From Armatimonadota bacterium (GTDB lineage Bacteria; Armatimonadota; Armatimonadia; Armatimonadales; Armatimonadaceae): a stretch of 10,566 nt of DNA. Positions 1 to 6,682 of this stretch are shown in pieces. The DNA is taken from positions 1 through 10,566 of the forward strand of contig JAYUUO010000187.1 of assembly GCA_043754515.1 (NCBI GenBank). The letters run 5' to 3'. The notes beneath the pieces are model-generated. The model made no database searches and was not told where the DNA came from. It saw only the letters and a program-made list of their open reading frames with translations. Position 1 is the stretch's first letter, and every line of letters starts with the position of its first letter. The translations under genes and the position numbers were made by a program.

Positions 1-1
1 C

Positions 2-208
2 CTGTACCAGGGCTTCTCGCTCCGCGACCCGGCAAATAAAGGGCGGTTGGTCGAGACGGCCCGCGAACAGTTCGATCTACTTCTGCTCGGCGCGGGGACA
101 GATTCCATCCGCACACGCCCCAGTCTCTCGGTCACGAATGCCGACATCGGCCGGTTCTTGGAACTCCTGGGCGGCGCAGTCGCGGCAACGGAAAAGGAAG
201 GCGGATGA
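2..208 (+). CDS. C-terminal fragment of a class-III PLP aminotransferase (L-lysine 6-transaminase-like), 5' end outside the window
   Basis: Not in the ORF track. Frame 2 is open from the window edge: LYQGFSLRDPANKGRLVETAREQFDLLLLGAGTDSIRTRPSLSVTNADIGRFLELLGGAVAATEKEGG*, TGA at 206-208. 'LLLGAG..SIR.RP.L.V...DI' matches the C-terminus of class-III aminotransferases. Confidence 0.75.
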   Translation: MYQGFSLRDPANKGRLVETAREQFDLLLLGAGTDSIRTRPSLSVTNADIGRFLELLGGAVAATEKEGG

Positions 209-657
209 TTATACGGCCGACGCATCCGACCGGGAGCCGGGACGCGGACGTGGCCGAACCAGATACCTACTAGTACTACGGCTTCTTCTCGTGCGCCGCC
301 GTGTTCGCCCTATGCGCGGCGGTTTTCTACTGGCGTATGAGAACGGACCCCGCCAATTTTGGCAGTTTCCAATTCGCAAGCGACTCGCCGAATCACCAAC
401 GTGTCGCGGCCATTTACAACCATGGAGGCGGCGCGTTATGCTCAGACGTTATATCACTGCACCTTAAAGACACGGACGGGGGCTACGGATTGGGGAACGA
501 GATATTTACCGTCTCCAACCATTGCGTAATCGCCAGCGCGGTCTGGCACGGGGAGACCACGCTGGACGTCAGGTGCGTCTCGAATGGGTATTCGGCGTGC
601 GTGTCGCGACCGACCTTTCGCTGGCGCAACGTGACCGTCCGCGTGCAATATAAGTAG
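205..657 (+). pseudogene. Small membrane-anchored/exported protein, apparently interrupted by in-frame TAG at 271-273 (alternative: intact 118-aa CDS from GTG 301)
   Basis: ATG 205 overlaps the upstream stop (ATGA) and follows AAGGAAGG. It is in frame with ORF 301..657: MIIRPTHPTGSRDADVAEPDTY*YYGFFSCAAVFALCAAVFYW..., then a beta-rich domain (SPN..VAAIY..GGGA...VW...TLDV) with 4 Cys. GTG 301 lacks an SD. Confidence 0.5.
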
Positions 658-680
658 ACAGATCGCACACAACCCGCGCG

Positions 681-711
681 TTTAAACTCGGGGCGTGACG
701 TGCGGTATACT
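681..711 (+). promoter_or_regulatory. Putative sigma70-type promoter of hisB, probably giving a leaderless transcript
   Basis: TGCG-G-TATACT at 701-711 with TTTAAA at 681-686. The ATG at 719 is 7 nt after the -10 and there is no SD. Confidence 0.55.
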
Positions 712-718
712 TTTGGGC

Positions 719-1333
719 ATGGACGATCCTTCCCCCGCGCCGACCCGACGCATTGCTAGCGTGCGCCGTGCCACTTCGGAGACTGCGATCACGCTTTCCC
801 TCGACCTCGACGGCGACGGCGCGAGCGAGATTCATACCGGCATCGGCTTTTTTGACCATATGTTGACCCATATCGCCCGCCATGGGTTGCTGTCGCTGAA
901 CGTCGCCGCGACCGGGGACACACATATTGACGATCATCATACGGTCGAGGACGTCGGGATCGCGCTCGGTCAGGCGTTGCGTCAGGCGGTCGGCGACAAG
1001 CGCGGTATCGCGCGGTATGGTGATGCGACGGTGCCGATGGACGAGACGCTGGTACTGTGCGCCCTGGATTTCTCCGGACGCGGCGCGTTTTACACCGACT
1101 TACGGTTCCCGGACACGCGCATCGGGCCGACGTTCGCGTCGGAACTGGTCGAGGAGTTTTTCCACGCGGTCGCGCGGAACGCGGGCTTGACCTTACACCT
1201 GCGCCTGCTCACGGGCACCAACGCCCACCACATCGCGGAGGGCGCGTTCAAGGCGTTCGGTCGCGCGCTGTCCGCCGCAGTCGCGTTCGACTCGCGTGTG
1301 ACCGGGATACCGTCTACGAAAGGGGTGCTGTAG
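719..1333 (+). CDS. hisB: Imidazoleglycerol-phosphate dehydratase (monofunctional)
   Basis: Motifs RATSET, HTGIGFFDHML, DDHHTVED, VPMDE, NAHHIAEGAFKA and terminal PSTKGVL. Start moved from 695 to the in-frame ATG 719. Confidence 0.97.
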   Translation: MDDPSPAPTRRIASVRRATSETAITLSLDLDGDGASEIHTGIGFFDHMLTHIARHGLLSLNVAATGDTHIDDHHTVEDVGIALGQALRQAVGDKRGIARYGDATVPMDETLVLCALDFSGRGAFYTDLRFPDTRIGPTFASELVEEFFHAVARNAGLTLHLRLLTGTNAHHIAEGAFKAFGRALSAAVAFDSRVTGIPSTKGVL

Positions 1334-2053
1334 ATGAGTTTCGTGCCTGACATCGCCCCCCCCGCACCGAGTGATGGGCGGATTGATGTCGCGATCATTG
1401 ACTACGGCGTCGGCAATCTGCGCTCGGTGCAAAAGGCGTTCGAGACGCAGGGGCATGTTGCCGTCATCACGCGTGACGTCGGCATGATCCGCGCCGCGCC
1501 ACGTGTGCTACTGCCCGGCGTCGGCGCGTTCGGCGCGGCGGCGAACATTCTGCGTGAAGTGGGGCTGGAATCCGTGACGCTGGAGGCGGCGCATTCCGGC
1601 AAGCCGTTTTTAGGCATCTGCGTCGGGATGCAACTTCTGTTCACCGAATCCGAGGAGATGGGGACGCACCGGGGGCTGAACCTGATCCCCGGTCGCGTCT
1701 TGCGCTTCGACGAGCGGAATCTGGGCACGGCGGCGCGGGGTGTGAAAGTCCCGCAAATCGGCTGGAACGCGCTCGACTTTCCCGACACGGATTCGGCACA
1801 CGGACGCGCCAACGATGGTCGTACGCGCTCGCTGCTGTTCGCCGGGCTAGAGGGCGGCGCGGAGGTCTACTTCGTCCACTCCTACTTCTGCCGGCCGGAC
1901 GACGCGGCCGCATGCACGGCCGCGACCACGGATTTCATCGCGCCCTACACGTCGGCGGTATGGGACGGCGGAAGTATATATGGCACACAGTTCCACCCGG
2001 AAAAGAGCGGCGACGTCGGCTTGCGGATTCTGGACAACTTTGCCCGCCTATAA
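1334..2053 (+). CDS. hisH: Imidazole glycerol phosphate synthase glutaminase subunit
   Basis: IIDYGVGNLRSV, LPGVGAF, GICVGMQ (catalytic Cys), KVPQIGWN, YFVHSY, QFHPEKS (His-Glu). ATG immediately follows the hisB TAG. Confidence 0.97.
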   Translation: MSFVPDIAPPAPSDGRIDVAIIDYGVGNLRSVQKAFETQGHVAVITRDVGMIRAAPRVLLPGVGAFGAAANILREVGLESVTLEAAHSGKPFLGICVGMQLLFTESEEMGTHRGLNLIPGRVLRFDERNLGTAARGVKVPQIGWNALDFPDTDSAHGRANDGRTRSLLFAGLEGGAEVYFVHSYFCRPDDAAACTAATTDFIAPYTSAVWDGGSIYGTQFHPEKSGDVGLRILDNFARL

Positions 2054-2069
2054 GGAAGGACATCAAGCA

Positions 2070-2768
2070 ATGGCTACTAAGACTTTAGACCGCCCGGTAC
2101 CCGCGACGCCTGGCACCCGGCCCGCATCGCGCACAAGCCCGAAACGTGAGCGCATTTCTTTCGCGGAATATATGGAGCGCGAACGTTCCTCCGACGTCAA
2201 GCACGACCTGGTAGACGGAATCATGGTTCCGGTCTGGCCGACCGTGGACGAGGAAGGCAACGAATTGGCTGGAGCAAGCACGGAACACAACACGATCTGC
2301 GGAAACTTGATCATCGCCCTCGGGAACGCACTTGATGACACCGGTTGCCGGGTTCTCACGAGCGACCAGAAGGTATACATTCGGGAACGGCTGAGCTACT
2401 ATCCGGACGTGACAGTAGCCTGTGGCGATCTGATGGTCACGATCGGGGAGGCATTGCAAAACCCGGTGCTGATTGTTGAAGTGCTGTCCCCTCCCATGGC
2501 GTTGAAGGATAGGGACACCAAGTTTCGTGACTACCGCGCGATCGGGTCGCTACGCCACTACGTTCTGATTGACCAGTACGAGCCGCGCCTGGAGCACTAC
2601 GAGCGTTCGCCCGGCGAGCATTGGGTTCTCGCGCGGGAACTGAACGCCCTCGCGGACGAATGGCGGTTTGATCTAAATGGAACGCAAGTCGCCATCTCGC
2701 TCGCGAAGGTGTACCGACTCGTGTCATTCCCGCCAGCTGACCCCGACGAAGAAATCGAGACCGAATAA
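2070..2768 (+). CDS. Uma2/DUF820-family restriction-endonuclease-fold protein
   Basis: ISFAEY..E..S..KH.LVDG, AGAS.EHN.I.GNL, SDQKV, YYPDVTVAC, NPVLIVEVLSP, DR..KF..Y..I.SL.HYVLIDQ. Start placed at ATG 2070 after SD AAGGAAGGA rather than 1980, which lies inside hisH. Confidence 0.9.
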   Translation: MATKTLDRPVPATPGTRPASRTSPKRERISFAEYMERERSSDVKHDLVDGIMVPVWPTVDEEGNELAGASTEHNTICGNLIIALGNALDDTGCRVLTSDQKVYIRERLSYYPDVTVACGDLMVTIGEALQNPVLIVEVLSPPMALKDRDTKFRDYRAIGSLRHYVLIDQYEPRLEHYERSPGEHWVLARELNALADEWRFDLNGTQVAISLAKVYRLVSFPPADPDEEIETE

Positions 2769-2774
2769 ACCAGC

Positions 2775-3581
2775 ATGCTTGAAATTATACCAGCCATTGA
2801 CCTCCTGCGCGGCAAAGCCGTCCGGCTCCAGCGCGGAGACTTCGACTCCGAAATGCGCGTCGCCGACGATCCCATAGAGGTGGCACGGGGCTTCGCCACG
2901 AGCGGCGCGACGTTCCTGCACATAGTTGACCTGGACGGGGCACGGACCGGTGACCCACAGAACCTGGTAGTCATCCGCGCGATCATCCGCGCGGTGCCCG
3001 ACATGCGCGTCCAGGTCGGCGGTGGTATCCGCACCATGGAGCGTATCGCGCAGGTGCTGAATATCGGCGCGTCCCGCGTGATTGTCGGCACCACGGCGGC
3101 GAGCGACGCGGCGGTGATCGGCGCGATGCTCACCAAGTACGCGGAGCAGATCATCGTCGGCGCGGACACGAAAGACGGCTTCGTCGCGGTACAGGGTTGG
3201 CTCGCCGCGTCCACCGAGCGTTCCGAGGACTTCGGGATACGTCTTGCCGGAATGGGCGCGAAGCGTTTCCTATACACCGACGTGTCCCGCGATGGGATGC
3301 TCGGCGGAGTGAACGCGAGCGCGACGGCGGCGTTCGCCCGAACGACTGGCAGGCCCGTGCTGGCGTCGGGGGGCGTGTCCGGCCCCGCCGACATCAAAAT
3401 CTGCGCCGACCTGCAACCTCACGGCGTCGAGGGAGTCATAATCGGCAAAGCACTATACGGCGGACAACTGACGGTCGCGGACGCGCTACGGATCGCCCGC
3501 ATGACGGCGGAGCAGATCCAGGCGCGTAAGCCCCCGCCGCCCGGCTCGACCGGGCCACTCCCCGACTGGCTTAGGGAGTAA
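2775..3581 (+). CDS. hisA: ProFAR isomerase (HisA) with a Pro-rich C-terminal extension
   Basis: IIPAIDL..GKAVRLQRGD, LHIVDLDGA, QVGGGIR, YTDVSRDGML.G.N, ASGGV, GVIIGKALY. Confidence 0.96.
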   Translation: MLEIIPAIDLLRGKAVRLQRGDFDSEMRVADDPIEVARGFATSGATFLHIVDLDGARTGDPQNLVVIRAIIRAVPDMRVQVGGGIRTMERIAQVLNIGASRVIVGTTAASDAAVIGAMLTKYAEQIIVGADTKDGFVAVQGWLAASTERSEDFGIRLAGMGAKRFLYTDVSRDGMLGGVNASATAAFARTTGRPVLASGGVSGPADIKICADLQPHGVEGVIIGKALYGGQLTVADALRIARMTAEQIQARKPPPPGSTGPLPDWLRE

Positions 3582-3616
3582 ATCATGTTCGTCACTTTCA
3601 CGTTAGGAGGAACGAT

Positions 3617-3988
3617 TTGGACGCTGGCATAATGGCATTGATGATCCCGTTCGCAGGCATGGGGATGGTTGCATACATGGTATATTTGGCACACGTGCGC
3701 AAACTTGCTGAAATAAAGGCACATAGCGGCAACGTAGTCGTTGAGGGTGGCACCGTGTCCGCCGACGTCCGCACCGAACTGCAAGCACTGCGTGGGGAAG
3801 TTGAGAAACTGCGCGATACATCCACGAAGTTTGATATGTCGTTCGACGCCGGACTGACGCGCCTCGAAGAGCGCGTCTCCCGTGTCGAGGAGACGCGGGC
3901 GGTGGCACCGTCGCAATACCGGGTTAGCACGAGCACGCGCGACGAGGAGTTACAAACCGTCTCAGCGGGGAGCGGGACGGGACGGTAG
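3617..3988 (+). CDS. Hypothetical protein, N-terminal TM helix plus coiled coil (PspB-like architecture)
   Basis: TTG start with AGGAGG (3605-3610) 6 nt upstream, hydrophobic residues about 5-25, heptad-like ELQALRGEVEKLRD...LTRLEERVSRVEE. Confidence 0.8.
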   Translation: MDAGIMALMIPFAGMGMVAYMVYLAHVRKLAEIKAHSGNVVVEGGTVSADVRTELQALRGEVEKLRDTSTKFDMSFDAGLTRLEERVSRVEETRAVAPSQYRVSTSTRDEELQTVSAGSGTGR

Positions 3989-4054
3989 AGGTGCCCCTTC
4001 CCGCTTCGGCACAGCGGAGCGCGGTCTGGGCGCGTCGGGATCGGAGAAGGTGAT

Positions 4055-5272
4055 ATGGCAAGCGGTTTACAGTTTCGGAAAACCGGCACAAGCTATGGCC
4101 TGCCTTCGCGGCGCGTGCCGGAAGCAACCGCGACACAAACGCTACTCCCACGCCTGACCGCCCACACGATTCCGCACGAACTCCTCGGCTGTCATCCCCG
4201 GTGGGTGCGGCTCCGGCAAGCACACTCTGCTCGCGTGGCACTAGGAGCTGTCGCCACTTTTGCTTGCCTGGTTTACCTCTACGTAGCCTACCGTGGTCCG
4301 CAAGGGGGGATAGGTAGGATAGATATGCCTCTGATGCAGGGGGTACTGATCGGATCGTTGCTTGCATGGCATGACCACACAGAAAACCGCCGCAATTATG
4401 GGCTATTAAGGACCGGCGACGCCGTTCCGGCAATTGTAACCTCTCTCGAAAAAGAGTCGCGTGTGACCACAGTGCGGGTATGGTACCTGACGAAATCGGG
4501 CGAGATCGTGTCGGGTTCGGTCGTGATCCCAACGCAACAGGTCGCGGAACATCAACTCGCGCCGGACAGCATTCTGACGTTGCTCCTTTCCAATGGCGAC
4601 AAGCCGGAAATTATGCCATATTGCATCGCGTCGCGACGGTATGAGGTCTTGCCGGTTGAGGCGACGCAGGTCTCCCGCAACGTTTCGGCGCGGCTCCTCG
4701 CGCGAGCCGCCGCCGTGCCTGCGTCTCCCGCAACCCGGTACGGCGTCATCGAACCAGAACTGCTCGGCGCGACGCCGCGCCCGGTCCGTACGACCCGCTC
4801 CCACCAGAAGACCGTCGTGTGGCTGATTGCCTTCGTGTCACTCGCGATGACGCTCAACGCGATCGCTCCGACCCCAGCAGGATTGAAAGCATTCTTCTAC
4901 ATCATATGCGGCTTCGCGGCACTGCTGTTTGCTCTGCCTTTCGGTAGCAAGGCACTTCGGGATGGGGTTCCCGCCCGCGCGGTAGTCATTGGCGAGGCGG
5001 AGGGATTGTGCGCCCCGCGTGACGGAAGGGTCACGCTCCGATACGAGTACAGGGCCAAAGGCAGGTTGCGAGCCGGGACTTTGACGGAGACGCAGAGCCG
5101 CGTCCGGCAGCTCGGTTTGTGCGCGGGCGCGGCGTTCACGGTACTTTATCTCCCGGAAAGCCCGGAAGCGTCAGCACCCTATTTCGGATTCAAAGCTAGC
5201 GAGATAATTGGCGCGGGGGCCCCCACTATCACGCCGCCGACAAGCCCCCCTGTCGGTTCCACGCCGCCCTGA
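4055..5272 (+). CDS. Hypothetical membrane protein with two tandem units of 2 TM helices plus a beta-rich (DUF3592-like) domain
   Basis: 405-aa ORF with GGAGAAGGTG upstream. Internal repeat IPHELLG.HPR.VR / IEPELLG.TPR.VR. The second unit has LRDGVPARAVV...YEY...G...G..FTVLYLPESP, typical of DUF3592-like domains. Confidence 0.7.
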   Translation: MASGLQFRKTGTSYGLPSRRVPEATATQTLLPRLTAHTIPHELLGCHPRWVRLRQAHSARVALGAVATFACLVYLYVAYRGPQGGIGRIDMPLMQGVLIGSLLAWHDHTENRRNYGLLRTGDAVPAIVTSLEKESRVTTVRVWYLTKSGEIVSGSVVIPTQQVAEHQLAPDSILTLLLSNGDKPEIMPYCIASRRYEVLPVEATQVSRNVSARLLARAAAVPASPATRYGVIEPELLGATPRPVRTTRSHQKTVVWLIAFVSLAMTLNAIAPTPAGLKAFFYIICGFAALLFALPFGSKALRDGVPARAVVIGEAEGLCAPRDGRVTLRYEYRAKGRLRAGTLTETQSRVRQLGLCAGAAFTVLYLPESPEASAPYFGFKASEIIGAGAPTITPPTSPPVGSTPP

Positions 5273-5283
5273 CCCGCTGTATC

Positions 5284-5305
5284 GGAGGGTGACCTTTCAC
5301 CGTCC
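5284..5305. terminator. Hairpin between convergent genes, possible weak bidirectional terminator
   Basis: GGA-G-GGTGA-CCTT-TCACC-G-TCC in the 48-nt gap. No good U tract on either strand. Confidence 0.3.
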
Positions 5306-5320
5306 CCTACTCACTGTTCC

Positions 5321-6400
5321 CTACAGTGCGAGGCGACTGCCGAGGGCGAGCGTAAAGTCGGGCGACATGCCGACCTTCTCGCCCCCGGCGAGGTAAACAT
5401 TCTCGCGCTTGTTGACCTGACGCCAGAACCCGAAGTAGATGCCCTGTCGGCGGCGGTCAACGAACGAGGACCCGGTCTGATTCGGCGCGGGCGAGTCGTC
5501 GACCTCGAACACGAACGACGTCCGCCCGTCCATCAGCCACTCCAGCCCGAGCACGGAATGAAGCGAGGTCGAGCGGTTCATCAGGCCGTCAATGCGCGCC
5601 TTGCCGTTCAGCACATACGTCAGGTTGCCGTTGAAAGCAACACGTCCGAACGGGCGGGCTGTCGCCGACAGGCCCAGGCCGCCGTCCGTCGCGCCGGAGC
5701 CGAGGAGATTGGGTGCGCTCCCGGTCGGCAGTTTCAAAAGGGCGCGGGCGGAGAGCGTGATCGCCCGCGCGTCCCGCTTGCCGTTACGGTAGCCAGGTTC
5801 GCCCCCGATGATCGCCCGCCGATACTCGAGAACGGTATCGCCGAGGCCCGAGACCGTGTTCGCAGTGTCAACGAACACCTTCCCGCTCTTCGCGTCGCGC
5901 ACCCGGAACAGCACCTGGTACTCCGGCACGTTCCCGCGACCGCGCCCGTAGAAATGGAAGGCATGGTGCCAGGCGTCAATCACCGCGTCCATAAACCCAC
6001 CGTCGCGCTGGATATACGGAACGCTCAGGGACAGTTCCTGACCGCCTCCGATACCACGCGAGTAGCCGAGCGTGTAACGTTGCTCCTCGAAATCCACATA
6101 GTAGTTGGCCTCGTTCACAATCGTGAAGTTGTTCGGCACGGCCACGTCGAAGTCGAAGCGGGCGCGGTTCCTCGCCAGAATAGCCGCCGATGTCGGGATA
6201 GGCAGGAGGAACAGGTTGTTAATCGGCTCGTTGTTACGCATTGGGAGCGGCCCGCGCAACACTAAAGAGGACGGGGCGGGCGCGATGGATCTCGTTTCAG
6301 TGCTCTGAGCACGTACGAAACCCGGCGCGAGTAGCGGGAGGAGCGTGGCACCCAGAGCGAGAGCGACGAGGCGGAAGCGGTTGAAATGGTTTACGTACAT
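5321..6400 (-). CDS. DUF3187-like exported protein, predicted outer-membrane beta-barrel
   Basis: Signal peptide (..LVALALGATLLPLLAPGFVRA|Q), GPLPMRN, ELSLSVPY..GGFMD..ID.WH..F, SGLGD, LKLPTGS...LLGSGATD, and alternating amphipathic strands. Confidence 0.8.
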   Translation of the reverse strand: MYVNHFNRFRLVALALGATLLPLLAPGFVRAQSTETRSIAPAPSSLVLRGPLPMRNNEPINNLFLLPIPTSAAILARNRARFDFDVAVPNNFTIVNEANYYVDFEEQRYTLGYSRGIGGGQELSLSVPYIQRDGGFMDAVIDAWHHAFHFYGRGRGNVPEYQVLFRVRDAKSGKVFVDTANTVSGLGDTVLEYRRAIIGGEPGYRNGKRDARAITLSARALLKLPTGSAPNLLGSGATDGGLGLSATARPFGRVAFNGNLTYVLNGKARIDGLMNRSTSLHSVLGLEWLMDGRTSFVFEVDDSPAPNQTGSSFVDRRRQGIYFGFWRQVNKRENVYLAGGEKVGMSPDFTLALGSRLAL

Positions 6401-6481
6401 AGATGGCGGTCAAGGGGAGCAACGGATTGGCGGCATACGCAGGTCCCGGAGGTCAAAGGTTCAGGCGTAGCGACTGGACGA

Positions 6482-6510
6482 ATTATAGCGCATGTTTCGG
6501 CGGGTGTCAT
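6482..6510 (-). promoter_or_regulatory. Sigma70-type promoter for the DUF3187-like gene
   Basis: Minus strand reads ATGACA (6510-6505), 17 nt, TATAAT (6487-6482), with TGCG-C immediately before the -10. Confidence 0.7.
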
Positions 6511-6578
6511 TGCCGGGCGTCCCGAGTGCTAGTCGCCGCGATACAGATCGGTGCGGATGCGTGCCAACGCGCGGTGCC

Positions 6579-6610
6579 TTTAAGCAGACCGGCTCCCGGC
6601 GCGATATGGT
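6579..6610 (+). promoter_or_regulatory. Putative promoter of the ABC exporter
   Basis: CGCG-A-TATGGT at 6600-6610 with TTTAAG at 6579-6584. Same architecture as the sites before hisB and the 2OG gene. Confidence 0.4.
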
Positions 6611-6682
6611 AAAACATCAGTGTGTTGCGCGGAGGATCCACCCGCGTAGTCCGCGCCCCCGGTCGCGGAAAAGGAGCCCATA

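Noticed and set aside
271..273. Genome-wide TAG reassignment or pyrrolysine
   Set aside because: TAG terminates hisB at its canonical end and also ends other genes here. The protein is not a methylamine methyltransferase.
268..276. ACTAGT/TACTAGTA resembling a TrpR operator half-site
   Set aside because: Only one half-site, inside a probable coding region, and no trp genes nearby.
138..467. 109-aa + strand ORF
   Set aside because: Arg-rich off-frame shadow overlapping the aminotransferase tail and the 205-657 frame.
2597..3397. 266-aa antisense ORF, and similar long alternative ORFs (3924-4532, 5558-6265, 7974-8648)
   Set aside because: They overlap well-supported genes. Such shadows are expected in high-GC DNA and show no recognisable motifs.
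2775..3581. Bifunctional PriA rather than HisA
   Set aside because: It has the GGGIR motif typical of HisA, not the SGGIR of PriA.
3991..4017. Apparent H-type pseudoknot (GTGCC/GGCAC with CCGCT/AGCGG)
   Set aside because: Zero-nucleotide loop between the two 3' strands makes it sterically implausible, and 5-bp GC stems arise easily by chance.
6631..6636. GGAGGA as an SD for an upstream peptide
   Set aside because: No start codon at suitable spacing downstream.
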